Below are positions 11,795-25,166 of a stretch of DNA of 64,000 nt, in pieces. The notes below the pieces were generated by a model. That model had not been told where the DNA came from and searched no databases. It worked only from the letters and a program-made list of their open reading frames with translations. The DNA is from Minutocellus sp. GHC0000111 (taxonomy: Eukaryota). Made by a program: the position numbers and the translations under genes. Each line of letters opens with the position of its first letter. Position 1 is the first letter of the stretch. The stretch is from the NCBI GenBank assembly GCA_977018835.1, contig OZ361258.1, positions 2,418,001-2,482,000 on the forward strand, written 5' to 3'.

Positions 11795-14700
11795 ATGGAC
11801 ATTGATCAACATACTCACGGCGACATGCTCGACGACGACACCGGCGACGAGCATACCGACTTTGGCACCGTCCTGGACCATCTCCTTCGTCCACCCGCCT
11901 CCAACCGCCGCGATCCACGCACGGTTCGCTTGTCGGCTGCCACGGCGGCTCTGATCGAGACCGTCCACGAACGTCGTCGGCAGGGCGGTGATGGCAACTC
12001 TGACGCCGTCCTGCCCTCCGAACTTTTCCTCTGCGCCCTGACGGCCCTGCAGGGCACCCTGTCCAGCGCCTCGGATGCCGCCGATCGTGGCACCGGCGGA
12101 CAGGACGTGGCAGCGACGCAGCATCCATTGCTGGAGATCGTTCGTCTGTCCGTCCCGTACGTGTCCAGCGCCAACGCCGTCCTGTACGTCAGCCAGTTCC
12201 CCGCCCTGGGACGGACGCTGCGAGGCGTCACGACGGCCGCCATTGCCACGCACGACGTGGCAGAAACTCGCGACGGACTCGGTGGCATCAACGCCCTCCT
12301 CCGGCAGCTCATCCGCACCGCCGCCGCGTCGCTGTCGGCGCTGTCCAATGCCACCGCCCACGGCGCCGCTCTGTCGCAAAAGGTGGAGAAGGATGCCCTC
12401 CGTCTCTTCCATGCGACGATATTGACCCAATTCGACGACAACCGGGCCAAGGTCCGGAAGGAGGCTCACGCCAGTGCCCTGGAGTTGGTCGCCACCACCC
12501 GATTCGCCGGGGAGCAGATTGGAGAGTACAGCAGGGCCGTGCTGGAGGCATTTCTGAAGCAGCTCGGCACTAGTAGCACCAGCAGCAACAACAACAACAA
12601 CAACAACAATGTCCACAGCGAGGCATATGGCAAGGTGATGCATCTGCTGTCGTTCTTGGAGCGGACCATGTCCATTGTGAGGGTGGACATATTGGTGCAG
12701 CTGGGGGAGGTGCTGGTGAGGCTCATCGCTGGGGTGGCCGCGGCTGCCACTGCCACCTCGTCGTCCAAGATGGGTGCCACGACGGCCGAATCGCAGGCAC
12801 TGTCCACATACGCTCGAATGGTCGGCGGTGCCCTGTTGTGCCTCGTGGCTGGCATCGAACGTGATGGAGACGAGGACGAGGACCAGGACGACAACGACGA
12901 AACCGATAGCGCCGCCGCAATTCGGCAGCTGGCCCAGCGCGTCCTTGCGTCGCTTCTCCAGCTCCACCTGCCCTCGTTGGGACAGGAGTGCCGTCCGGCC
13001 CATGCGCAGTGTTTGGTCTCGTGCTGCTGCTCCCTTGTCGGTTCGTCTCCCGAAAATGGCAAGGGCGACGCTGCCAGTATGGCAATTGTCACAAAGCTTC
13101 TCCCCTTGACCGCATCAACTCTGGTGGAATTGTCTGACGGAGAAGCGGGAGTTGCCGAGGCAGTATGCGCCGAATTGGGACGGTGGGTGCGCTCGTGTTT
13201 TACCGTCGTCGTCGCCGCTGTCCCCTTGGATGCTGCCGCGACCAAATCGGTCGGGGACTGCATCGAAGCGCTGAGCAAGTTGATGCACCATCGATTCCGT
13301 CACAATTGGGAGGTCAATCTGCCCGTATTGGCAGGTGCAGTCGTAGCCGTGGCCGAGAGACATGGCCGAGAGGCCGTCGAGGACGAGGATGGCACCACTC
13401 TGACGATCCAGATGGTCGGTCCCACCGTCAAGGGGCTTGTGCGGCTCCGGTCGGACGTGAACGATGGTGCTAGCCGTCACGCTATCGAGAATGCCGTCAG
13501 TGTTGTCATAGCTGGCATTGGTATGGAGGCATTCCTTGGCATCGTCAGTCTCGAAGAGGGCGATGGTGTCAGTAAGCACGCCGGAAACAAAAAGAAGCAA
13601 AAGCAGCAGACCGCGGTCGGTGGAATCCATCCAGATCGCACATGGCTGCTGCCCGTCCTCAAGTCAGCATCCGCGTCAACGTCTGCTCACCACCGTCCAA
13701 ATCTAGCCTTCTTCCAGGGCACCATTCTCGCCCTAGCACGAAAATGCGACGCAGCCACGGCGGCTTCATCGCTCACGGCTGCGGAAGCGGTTGCACAAAA
13801 GGCAAGGGTACTGGAACTTTGGTCGTTGCTTCCAGCATTCTGCTCCAATCCGGCCGATGTCGAGGTGACCTTCCCTACTCTTTCCCAGACGTTGATCAAA
13901 GCGGTAGCAGACAAGCGCTATCCCCAGCTTGTGGTGAGTTTGATTCATTGGTATCATCTTGTCATTACGTCGAAGTTTATTTCTACAATCGACACATGTA
14001 TCGATTATTCTTTTCAACAGTGAACTCACTGGAATGTACAATTTTGCTGCATTTTTCACATTTATGAATGCAGAGCATTATTCCTTCCTCACTGAAATTG
14101 TTGGCATCTGGTGTACGCGAGCGGTATGAGGCATCCGAAGACAACGACGAGACCAACGCCGCGAAGGATTACGAAATAGTATCTCAGGCTTCTGTGAAGC
14201 TCTTGCCCGGACTTTTCAAGTTGACGGAAACCCTTCACGGCACAAATACAGCGGCCGGGCCAGGTAGCAAAGCGAAGGATAGTGACATGGACGTTGAAGT
14301 GGACGAGGGTGAGGCCACTGGCAGCAATTCGTCCCAGGATGCACAGCGAGTACAGGCCGTCACTGATGCCATCGGCGAGCTAGCACGTATTTGCCCCCGA
14401 TCCTTTTTGCAAAACCTCTTTAAGAAGGTTATGCAGCGCCTCCTTGTTGTCACTCAAGCCGAGGACGACGAGTCCGACAAAATTTGCACCCTTCTGGGTC
14501 TTGCTCAGGCATTGGTATCATCTGAAACTCTCGACGAGAACTCCGTCTCGCTGCTCTATCGTGCCATCCGACCGCTCATCCGTTCCGATGAACATGACTC
14601 CAAGGTTCAGAAACGTGCCTACAAGTGCATGGCAGAGATCTGCGAAAAGAATGGTTCCTTCGTCACATCGTCAGAACACCTCGGTGAAATCACCGACCTC

Positions 14701-16128
14701 ATGATTGGTTCCATCATGACTTGTCAAGTGTCCTCCCGGCACATGCGGCTCAAATGCATGATTCATATTGTCAAGGCATTCGACTCGACCAACGAGCAAC
14801 ATATGGCCGTCATTCCCAAGATTATGGGCGAAGTATTACTCTGTCTGAAGGATTCCAACGCCAAGACGAGAGAAGCAGCCTACCAGCTCCTCCTAACGAT
14901 GGCAGAAGTTCGAGACGACATGACCGACTTCTTCCAGATTGTCCTTGCAGCTCTCGGTGCACAGACACCTCACATGCGCTCCGGTGCTGTCATGGCGATC
15001 TCGCGACTTGTGTTTGAGTACCGCGATGACTACACGGTGCAGCAATTGCTCCCTCAAATTCTTCAAACGGTGACGATTCTTTTCGACGAAAAGTCTCGAG
15101 AGGTTATCAAGAGTGTTGTTGGTTTCGTCAGAGTTAGCATCGCTGCTATGGAGAAAGATCAGCTCGAACCGTTGCTACCAGAGGTTGTCGGTGGGTTGAT
15201 GAAGTACAACAAGGGCAAGGGGAGATTCCGGGCCAAAATCAAAATTATCCTCAAGAAGTTGGCGAGAACCTATGGCTTTGAGAAGATCACGCCCCTCGTT
15301 CCCGAGGACGATGCTCGCCTCATGACACATATGCGAAAGCTGGAAGAGCGTGCCAAGAGGCGCAAGGCCGCCGGTCGCGCCGATGGAAGAGCCGATGGGC
15401 AGACGGTCTTCGACGACATGATGGAATCCGATGAGGAAGATTCCGATGATGGCCGCACGTTTATGACCGGTGCCACCGGCTTCACAAGGATGACCGCCAT
15501 GACGGGCAAGAGCCAGCGAACTGCCGCCATCGAACGTGCCAAGAGTATTAAGAGCTCCGCCAAATCGATGATGAGCGCCAAATCAACTGCAACATCCGGT
15601 CCTCGTATCAGAGCTGAAAAGGTCGGTGAAATTATGGACATGCTCGACCCCACCATGGCCAAGAGTGTTCACTTTGCCGATGATGTTGCCACCGGAGAAT
15701 TTAGCGATGACGACGACGATGATGGTGTCATGGAATTCGACGATATGGGCCGTCTAGTTGTTCACGAACCACTCGATATCGATCGTCGCAGTGCTATGAA
15801 CGCCGACGAGCCCAACGCAGCTGATGATGAAGAAAATGAAGAGCTCCGTGGCGGAGGAAAGCGAAGGCGTGTCAGCAAATTTGAGTCTGCCAAGGTTGAA
15901 CGTGCCGAGGCGATCAAGAGAAAGGCTCAAAAGAAGGCGAACGAACCCAAGTCTCTCGGGTCCGCCTACAAGAGTAAGAAGGCAGGCGGTGATGTCAAGA
16001 AGGGACAAAAGTTTGAGCCATATGCATACGTTCCCCTTGATGGCAAGAGTTACTCCAAGAAGAATCGAGGGAAGGCTGTGGCTCAAATGGGAACGGTCGT
16101 TAAGAGTGGAAAGCGAAAGAGAAGGTAG
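11795..16128 (+). CDS. RRP12: RRP12-like ribosome biogenesis HEAT-repeat protein; 2 exons (11795-13933, 14074-16128)
   Basis: AKVRK, RTWLLPVL, LWSLLPAFC..P.D, KVQKRAYK and C-terminal YKSKKAGGDVKK..KFEPYAYVPL motifs. In-frame GT-AG intron. Confidence 0.92.
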
Positions 16129-16239
16129 ATGCCATATGAATTGACTGCAGATAGCACAAGAAAACCTTTTGTCTGATTAGTATACTGTAGCCTCTAGCTA
16201 ATAGTAATAAGGCACGTGCACACTATCCTATTCTAACTA

Positions 16240-17633
16240 TCAGTGCCCTGCTACTTTCTCGCCTGGATCTGTGGCTACGATTCCAATACCAGTTGTGAGG
16301 AGAGCTATACCAAGCCATCCTGGTACCATCATGGTTTCGCCCAGCAGAAGGAGGCCCAGAATTGCTCCGAAAAGGACGCTACCTCCAATAATAATGGGAA
16401 TGCTCTGTGTTGCTTGGACCCCAAGCCCACTGACAGTAAACTCAGCAACTCGGCTGCGCCGACGGCAATTCCGGCCATGATGGACCAGAAAAGCCCAGCA
16501 TGATCATAAGCTAAGCCAGCGGTACCACCGTCCAATATCAAGATAACTCCTAGAAGCATCGATCCGAAGAGAGCGGCAACGAACTGCAATACCACTCCCC
16601 CAAGGATGGGGTTAATCGACGCACTCCCTTTCTTGATAAAAATATTATAAAATGCATAAGCCGATGCACACACTAGAGCAATGGCAATCCAATACACGGG
16701 AGGACCACCGCCGGCAGTTCTTGCTGCGCTGTCTCCCTCACCTTGATTGCCACCCTCCTCTACCTTTTCCCCAGGGTCGAGAGCAACAAGCGCGATGCCT
16801 GTAACGAGCAATGCAACGCCCGACCACCCGTGAAGCATAAGCTTCTCCCCAAGCAACACGAAACCAAGAACAGCGCCAAACATTACGCTGCCTCCAATGA
16901 TAATAGGGATGCTCTGAGTTGCCGGCACGCCAAGCCCACTGACACAAAAACTGAGCATTTCTGCAAGTCCTACAGCAAGCCCAGCCATGATGGACCAAAA
17001 TAGTCCGTCTCTGTCATAGTGCAGCTTAAAGTTGTCATCGCCCCCAAAAGTGAGGAAGGCGAGAAGGATGGTGCCGAGCAGGGCAGCGACAAACTGGAGG
17101 ATTACACCTCCGAGAACTGGATTGATGGTTGCACTTCCCTTTTTGATGAAAATCTACATGCGTGTGTTACATTGGATTTTTATCAAGGAACTTGTGTTAG
17201 AATAGGAAAGGTTGCGATGGCAGATGCAAATCGTCGCAGATATCTTGACATCACCGCTACTGCCCGCCGGTGCTGGCAGATCACTGAACTTACATTGTAA
17301 TGCGTAGGCCGCAGCACAGCACAAGGCCGGGGCGATCCACTTGGACAAAGGAGGACCCTGTTCCTTATCCTCTTCGACGTCAATCGACGGAATGGACACT
17401 AGCCTTGTCCCCTCGGTGGGGGGACCACTGCTGCCAAACAGCCTGGATCGGTCGATGGAACGAGACGAATCAAAGCGACCGCCAAGGCGTCCGCCGATGG
17501 AACGCGTGGAATCGACGTGGATGGCAAGTGCCTGCATCTTCACGCTGCCAGTCAGTGAACTCATGGTCATCTTCTCGTTGCGCCAATCCTTGTTGAGGGT
17601 TGTCGCAATCTTAGTCTCACTTGATTCGCCCAT
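16240..17633 (-). CDS. EamA/DMT-family transporter with two repeats; intron 17293-17154; frameshifts near 17300 and 16438
   Basis: Two near-identical 5-TM repeats (YNIFIKKGSA.INP.LGGV.LQFVAAL...GLAVG.AE.LSF.VSGLGV.ATQSIPIIIGGSV). Comparing the repeats reveals the indels. Confidence 0.8.
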
Positions 17634-18096
17634 TTTGCTCGCTTTCTTTGCTTCTTGTGTGTTGAGGTCGGCGTCTGTCTCTGACGAGTGTGCTCCCGGG
17701 ATAGATCGGGATGCATAGATAGATCGGAAGATACTCGTATGATGATAAAGATATATTCATAAACGTAGGTCTACTAAAACAATCATTGAGTTTATTCTTG
17801 TTATCGAGGCACAAGAAGTATTATGGAAATTATCTAATAATATATACTTCAATGAACCTATCAGGACGCAACGGCATCTGCTCCGGCATGCTCGAGAAGA
17901 AAGGAAAATCAGAGGCGCCAACGAACGCAGAAGAAGTTGGAACCGTAACCGCCTCGGGCAAATTACTTCGTAATTTGCGCCCTCGGGACCTCAATTACAT
18001 AAATAACGCCCTTCGTATTATTTTTGCGAGCTCTTTTCCGAGCGAAAAATAATAAATACATCAGGGTCGTGAATATAAATACACTGCTTTTTCACC

Positions 18097-20015
18097 ATGG
18101 GCAAAACGCCATCTCTCGACTTTATCCCCTTCGCCCTCAAGGATTGGGCGTACTCCATTGTTATTAGCTTTTGCGTCGTCTCGTACTGGAGAGGTACGTG
18201 GACGCTACTCGACATTTGGATGTGTAACCAGCCCAGTGACGCATCATTGTTCGAGGGAAATACTTTTTGTTTTATGGTCGATGCACTGGCAGAGGAGTCA
18301 GACGGAGGTGGGCCAACCGCCGACCTACGGAAGGACAGTGCCCGACTCTCCTACGGGATCGGCCTTGCCCTGTTGTTTTTGGGTGTAACTCTAACATGGT
18401 CGGGTAGCTGGCTGCCTCGGATCGAGTCCACACCCGACGGGACGGCTGTACCTGGCAAAGTCACACCGTCCCTTGCCATCGTTCGTTTCTTCATCGTGTA
18501 TCTACTGGGGGCATCGGCAGTATGTCTATGGAGAGGCATTTGGTATTGGGCCGATCATTGGATTCTAGTGACAAAGCCCGTTGCGTCGTATTGGACAACT
18601 TCTCTTGTTGGGTCGACAGTAGCATTCTGCCTCGGGGCCGGCGCATCCATCCTCGCTCCTCCGGCAATCTTTTTGCTGGACGGGCCTGGTGCCAACCCGC
18701 CACCGATTGCCGTAACAATTCTATCGTCATATCACTCTGTGACGTTACCAGCAGACGAAAAGCCACCAAAACTTTCCTTGTTGGTTCGCGTTGTTGATTT
18801 GTTCGGAAGCTTTGTCTTCCTGCCGTTTTGTGTAGTGTGGTTTTGGAGGGGGTCTTGGTTACTCCTAGGTGAGAGATTATTGTTCAATTACCATGTTTTT
18901 TGGCCCACTTGTACAAATGTCTTGGTTTCCGTAATCAACACTACATGGCTACATGCTGTACCTTCTAAAATTCTTCTTGTTCTGGGCACCACTCTTTTCA
19001 ACTCAACTTTTACTACCACTCTTTCCAACTCAACTTTTTAGACAACTATCTGTGGGGATTCACCCTTTCGAATCGTGATATTAATATTTCTCTTGCATGG
19101 GGAACGGTCTTGTTTGTGATATGTATTGGCCTCACCAGCGAACCCATTGTCGCCTTTGTGGACAGAAAGATCAAGAATAAACGAGTTCTATTCTTACTTG
19201 GGTGCTTCCGTACCTGGATATTAGCGTGGGGCACGGTGAGCTTGTGGAGAGTGGTATGGTACACGTGGGACCAATTTTTGCCTGGTCCAACGTATGGATC
19301 CTGTTGGCTATCACATGCCATTGGTGTAGTGGTGCTGCTTTGTATGGGGGCAGTGTCCTGCATTGTTGCCCCAGCTTCCACTATTGGAGTGGACGCGGTG
19401 CCGCATCCCTTCTGTGCCGACGAGCCATTGTTTAGTATGATTCCGCTTCCATATGAGACACTATATTTTCTCGGTATACAGTCCGGCCACACCTATAAGG
19501 ATATTTTTTTGGAGAGGTAAGCTTGGAATATCCTTAATTAGAATAAGGATTTCTAAACACCAATTGATAAGAAATGCATAGAAGAATAAGGAACATGTCC
19601 GAAATTCCAAGCTTACCCTAAGGATAAAGAATATCCTTATAGGTGTGGCCGGACTGTAGCCCGACAGGAGTGGGTAAGAAAGGAAGATGTTGCACCTTCG
19701 GCGACGGCCGAACGAAGAGAAGTTGAACTGGCTCCAGTGGAAGAGGACAAAGCTGAGCCTCCAAATGCTGAAGTGAGTGCCGGTAATATAATCCAAACAG
19801 ATGAAGAGGCTGAAGCGGCCAAAAGTGGTAGCAGTGGAAGTAAGCGGAACATGCTGCAAAGCGTTCGCAGCTGGCGACCTGGACCGGATGGAGGTGTGGT
19901 TTCCTACCATGAACTTCAACGTCCAGGGTTAGGAGATCGCACTTGTTCGGAGTACGCGCAGAGGCCCAGCGACAGCAATAAGAGGAGTCGCACCAAGCTC
20001 TTCCGCAGCCGTTAA
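18097..20015 (+). CDS. Fuseless-family multi-pass membrane protein; 3 exons (18097-18868, 19042-19516, 19643-20015)
   Basis: Four repeats of the W-R-G-x-W-x-x-x-D-like motif (YWRGTWTLLD, LWRGIWYWAD, FWRGSWLLLD, LWRVVWYTWD). In-phase GT-AG introns. Confidence 0.8.
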
Positions 20016-20039
20016 TCAGTGTACAAGGTTAGAGTTATT

Positions 20040-21272
20040 TTATGTAGTAGTATCTCTTTGCAAAATATCCCTTCGAAACAAATCCTGCAGGGCATGCGAT
20101 CCTATATGACTGAGGACCTCTTCGTTGTGCTTTGCTATTCTGGATGTCGCCTCTTCTCCTGCAGCTTCAATGGCATCGGAACGCACTACCGATACTGTTG
20201 GAAATGGCGTTCTCTTCTCCCATGCAACGGGGGAATCACAATCGCCAGCAAACGACCATGCCGGATGAAAAGGTGCGACCGTTATCCAATCGCCGATCGG
20301 AACTTGTGCGTCATCTGTTACGTGTAGCTGGCTCACTTCGTCCGCTTCGGCGAAAGCATCGGTTTCCTCAAATAAGCGATCCTCCAGATCAAAGACAAAG
20401 TCATGGAACGGAGCAAAGTTGAAATCAGGCAGATTCTGCTGTTCCTGATCAAGACAGTCTACGTCCGCGTCCATGGGCGGTGGAAGGGCGATGATGAATG
20501 TGATGGCCACGTTGGGATCAATACATTGGACATCCTTTTCCCCTCCTGCTCCTCGTTGGCCAACCATATCGTCATCAGAAGAATATTTTTCGTGACCCGT
20601 GAGCTTCAACAACTCCAGCCCAGAATCCCGAACGATCTGCTCGAACGAATCAATTCCCAAACTTTGGTCCACAACCTTTACTCGGATGGCGTTCTGTGCG
20701 GCCAGGGACAGCTTGGCCCACGGACACAGATTCATTTTCGCAACAAAGTCGCTGCACCATCGCAATGTTGCCTCTACCGCGTAGTCTGCATTTCGCAGGA
20801 AGGGGTCATTTGTGTCGGCAGCAGTAGCGGCGGCGGTGGTGGCGGCACCCAAATCGGGCGCATCCGACCTACTGCTAGTAGTAGTACTAGTAGGAGCAAG
20901 CCGCCAATAGGTCGGCGACAAGTCGGGTTGGTTGTACGCCACAGCGTCTGCCATCATATGAGTACCACCGGCGATGAATGCAGTGTCAGAAGAAGTCTGC
21001 GTGCCCGAAGCGCCGTCGAAGATGCCCCGTGAACTAGAAGAATCCAAAGCATCAGCGGCATTTACCCACCGGCAACCCACATGATGGGCAGATTGGAGGG
21101 ACGTTTTGGTCATGAAGCCGCATGTACTGCTCCTACTACAAGTTGTGCTCGCAGATGTAGATCTAAAGCTGCTGCTGTGCTGGCGGCCCCGACGGCACGG
21201 CACGAATCCATCTACATGCTGCGCCACCTCCGCGCATAGGAATAGGACCGGTAGTGCTCGTATGGTTGGCAT
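20040..21272 (-). CDS. DUF1415-family protein, probably with a bipartite plastid-targeting presequence
   Basis: W..DFV..MNLCPWAK, APFHP and RTPFPTV..VR motifs. N-terminal signal ending VDG-F followed by an S/T/R-rich transit-like segment. Confidence 0.78.
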   Translation of the reverse strand: MPTIRALPVLFLCAEVAQHVDGFVPCRRGRQHSSSFRSTSASTTCSRSSTCGFMTKTSLQSAHHVGCRWVNAADALDSSSSRGIFDGASGTQTSSDTAFIAGGTHMMADAVAYNQPDLSPTYWRLAPTSTTTSSRSDAPDLGAATTAAATAADTNDPFLRNADYAVEATLRWCSDFVAKMNLCPWAKLSLAAQNAIRVKVVDQSLGIDSFEQIVRDSGLELLKLTGHEKYSSDDDMVGQRGAGGEKDVQCIDPNVAITFIIALPPPMDADVDCLDQEQQNLPDFNFAPFHDFVFDLEDRLFEETDAFAEADEVSQLHVTDDAQVPIGDWITVAPFHPAWSFAGDCDSPVAWEKRTPFPTVSVVRSDAIEAAGEEATSRIAKHNEEVLSHIGSHALQDLFRRDILQRDTTT

Positions 21273-21459
21273 GGCATAGCTTTTGAAAACGGGCTGGGTG
21301 GGTGTGGGGCGGCAAGGGACGGTAAAGGCCGTGGGCACTTTTTTTCGTTCAGAGTTCTTTTTATTTTTTTAAAATAAAATACTCTAATATTTTTTTGAGC
21401 GATTTCGCGCGCGATTTTCGTGTGAAGCGCGCTTTTCCGCGAATCAGAAACACGAAAAT

Positions 21460-21526
21460 CCGCGGATCGCGCGCGTTTTCCCGCGGATCGCGCGCGTTTT
21501 CCCGCGGATCGCGCGCGTTTCTCCGC
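21460..21526. repeat. Three copies of a 21-bp tandem repeat (CCGCGGATCGCGCGCGTTTTC), subterminal in the transposon
   Basis: Seen directly. Related CGCGCATTTTCGCG units occur at 24575-24660. Confidence 0.9.
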
Positions 21527-21718
21527 GAAAGAAAGTCCAACTGGAAAGTTCCGTTTGCTTGCACATGCATCGGCGGCGAGAGCATCGTCCAAATTTGGTA
21601 ATCTCTCATCACTGATGCTCTTCCAACGCTTGTCGATCCAAGATGGTTCGGCAATCGTCCACGATCGTGGAAAGCTCCAAGCTCGCCCTCACTTTTCGCC
21701 CTCAACACCCCCCACAAA

Positions 21719-23154
21719 ATGCCAAAAGCAGCCGCAGTCAAGTGGGGCAAAAACCCAGCAGTCAAGTTCGGCAAGACGTCCGACGATCTCAACGCCAAAG
21801 GGAGACTGACGGAACTCTTCCAATCGGGAGAGATTGACGTAAACAATTGGACAACAAAGCTTTTGGCCGCTACCTATCCTGATCTCAAGCTCACCAGATT
21901 TCCTGAGTCCACGGTTCGAACTCACTGCAACAAGGTCTGCGCCCAAGTTATTCATCAGCGAGGATTAGATCAGCAGGCCCGTCTTCTCGGCCGCAACAAC
22001 AACAACGCCGCCGCCGCCGACGACGACGACGAGGAAGAAGAAGAGGCAGCACTAGAAGAAGAGGTAGAAGAAGCAGCAGAAGAAGAAGCACCGAATGCTC
22101 ACTCTAATCACTCTACTCCCAATCGCCGCCCAAGAATGTCAACCTCCAGCAGGGCATCTTCCTCCCGGCGTGGAACTCAAGGCTCTCGTGGCCACAACGA
22201 CGACGATGACGATGACGAGATCAGCGAACTCGGGTTCAGGCTCGGGCATAGCAAGATTTCACCCGTGATTGACGACACTACTATCGTCACCGTGTGCCTT
22301 GACGATGAGAGGTCAAACAGTGCAGAGTTTGGCAAGACCCCGTCCACAAGTGTGTGTTTACGTGGACCGACCCGAACATCGGAGAAACCGTCAGGGTTCA
22401 GCTCATAGGAGTGGAAACTCTTGGTGCATTGGTGGCACAAAATATTCAGGCCTCGTTCGTTGATGGGGGAGGCCACATTGTTCTGGTTAAGGGCCAAAGC
22501 GGACTCGGACAGTAAGTTATTTCTCTCTGTTTTGCCTGCCTGCTGTTACGCATGTTATCTAGGTACACGTTTGTACCAGCGTGGACCACTCACACTAATC
22601 ATCGTCTTTTCCATTCTTTTTATTTCAAGGGATCCCGGCGGCATGTTTGTAGGCGGAATGTGCAAGGTGAAGGAAGTGGAGTATCCCGATGCAACTCAAC
22701 CAACCGTCATGCGTAAGGTGAAGATTCCAATCAAGTACTTCAATTCCCAGAGCAGCGCCCGCACTGAAATGGATGCCGCCAGCAAGGACACCAAGACCCA
22801 ACTCCACTGCATGCGATCAAGATCGATTTCAAGGCCGATACCAAGGCATTCTTCCCCATTGAGTTCCATGGCAATGAGCTACCTACCGTGCCCGGGGAAG
22901 GTCTCATGACCGTCGACAGCGAGTTTCTCAAGGCCGCAAAAGATGCTGCAGCCCAGCAGGAGGTCAACGATACCATCGGAAAATACAGAGTCATGTGGTT
23001 CTTCGTCGTCGAGGAAGGAAATTACAAGAAGAAGAGCGGCATGCAGCAGTACATGGGCGTAAATTCTTCTCCCGGTGGCCCGCCTGGAACTATGGACAAA
23101 GACCAATTTACCGCCGATGAATTTGGCAATAGCAAGAAGCGCAAGCAGGGCTGA
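21719..23154 (+). CDS. Transposon accessory protein, spliced, with apparent frameshifts
   Basis: ORF pieces 21719-22408 and 22888-23154 lie inside the TIRs. Probable intron about 22512-22629. Frame breaks near 22327 and about 22795. Confidence 0.55.
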
Positions 23155-23382
23155 GAGTGGGGCCCAGGCGCGCTTTTATTTATTTATTATTTTGCTGTGA
23201 TATATATTTTCAAGCATTTACATCGACAAATAATACTAATATATACAGACTTGTATGATGTGTGCTGCAACTAATCAAGTTATTAATATCATGCATGTAA
23301 CTGATGAGAATAAAATTAAAATTAAATTGAGTTACAATCTACATCTGCCAACATGACACATCTGCACTGCTGTCTACTTTGC

Positions 23383-24399
23383 TCAATTGTACTGCACTTG
23401 GAATAGAGGATGGCCTGACTCAATGTTGAGCTGGGTGATGACGGCAATAGCTCGGAATGCAGTGGAATGGCGCTCGAAATTGTGGCGGAAGGCGTCGTGG
23501 CTCAAGGCACGAAACTGCCGCATCAACTTGTTTATAACCTCGTGCCGAGCTTGGACGACATCGGCCTGACGACGGGCCACAGGGTCAGAACCCTGACGCT
23601 GGATGAAGATTCTCTTCAGATTCCTCTGGTAGTGAGAATCGCCTTCACACTTCTCGCCCTCCTCGAGGTAGTTCATGACCCCGCTGCGTTTGAAGCACTT
23701 GCAGTCGCAGACAGCGGCGCACCAGGGTCCGTCAACCCAGACGATGTGGCCGGTTTGGATGCAAAGTCCGACGAGGTAGCTGAGACCGGACCCCTTGAAT
23801 TTGTGGGAGTAATGGCCATTCCAAAACGAACCGTTTGGCCTCGGTTCTTTGGTTCTGAAGTGGACACCGTCAAACGACGTCTTGGCTGGCTTGCCGAGAT
23901 CACCGATGAGACGATTCTCCCAGAGAATCTACAGCGGTGGAAAAAGTGAAGGCGTGTGAAAGATAGTTAGCATTCGTGCACATTGATTACGCTGTTATGC
24001 ATCATGTGTTCGGCCAGCAAGCACATCACTTACCACATGCGCTTCGAGATAGGCAATACCCTCGGCAAAGTGCCAGGCCCACTTTGAAAATGTTTTCTCG
24101 GTCACGCCAACGATGGAGCGGGCCGTTACAATCGCAGTCTGGTGTTGTTTGAGCTCCAGAAGCGCCCAGAGAATATGATACGGATGAGCTCCGTTCCTCT
24201 CGGTGTAGTCGGTGTAAATACGGAGCCTTTCCCAAATACCAGTACAAACAATGGGAAGAGTTCCGAAGGTTGCGATAAGAAGAGTGATTTCTTCCGCAGT
24301 CAGGGGCCGAGCGAAGTCGAGGTGAGTGATTGTCCGGTCCATGTACGTGCGAGCATGGGCAAGGAAGTACTGCGGCGTTGGCTCTGTAGTTACCTGCAT
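23383..24399 (-). CDS. Harbinger-like DDE transposase; 2 exons (24399-24034, 23928-23383), about 303 aa, reading frame intact
   Basis: HILWALLELK..KTFSKWAW, then SFDGVHF..YSHKFKGSGLSY..GHIVWVDGP..D..EGDSHY..ARHEVINK..F..L...FRH. Phase-0 GT-AG intron. Confidence 0.85.
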
Positions 24400-25166
24400 G
24401 GCGGATACCGTTGCTTTGATGCGCGGAACAATGCCGGAGGATCGCCATAGTGGCTTCAGTGGACGCTTCTGCCGGGATTTTCTTGCACCAATAGCCGTTG
24501 GTGGATAGACCAGGACATCATCGTTGAGAGAATTGCTGGAGTGACGTTGTGTGTGGTTCGCGAAAGTTCGCGGGACGCGCGCGATTTTTAGCGATTCGTG
24601 CGCTTTTTCCGCGTTTCGCGCCGCGCATTTTCGCGTAACGCGCGCGCATTTTCGCGAAAAATTAGAGTGTTTTTATTTTTAAATATTTCATAAAAATCCC
24701 AACGACTTCTTGCGGCAGCGGGGATTACCGTCCCTTCGGGGCTTTCACTTTCGAATCTCAATCGATCTGCCTGATCAGAAATTGGAGGTTTTGTGGAACC
24801 AAAAAGAAGCCGAAAGTCGAACACAAGGTTTCTCCGTCGTCAGAAACTTGAGTTGGTCAATCCCTTGCATCATTTCGGAAAATTGGGAGCCCCGTTAACG
24901 CAACAGGCAGCGCGACCAAGACAACAGGCGACGCGCCTCTCGGCGAAGAACAACAGAAAGTCACAAATCGAAAGGGCCGCAACCCAAAATCACGCAGCAA
25001 TAACATTGCTTCAGCTGTCTGCATGTCCGCTTTTTGTCGCGCGCGGAAGGCAGCGCCAGCCAACCGGCCCAAAAGCACAAATCACAATTGCAAAGTTACT
25101 CTGGCACCCAACCCAACACATTCAGTCAGCCGACATTAGAGTAGATAAGTACTCGTTTCTAGCTCC

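Larger units (their letters stand above)
21316..24734. mobile_element. PIF/Harbinger-superfamily (PHIS) DNA transposon with two convergent genes
   Basis: Terminal inverted repeats GGGACGGTAA (21316-21325) and TTACCGTCCC (24725-24734). Subterminal inverted AT block (AAAATAAAATACTCTAAT / ATTAGAGTGTTTTTATTTT) and CGCG-rich repeats at both ends. Encloses a DDE transposase and an accessory ORF. Confidence 0.85.

Noticed and set aside
11780..13278. Long antisense ORFs (also 30228-31586, 54861-55988, 56323-57201, 57999-58859)
   Set aside because: Shadow frames of GC-rich genes on the opposite strand, with no motifs.
21460..21526. CRISPR-like repeat array
   Set aside because: Contiguous tandem repeats without spacers, inside a eukaryotic transposon end.
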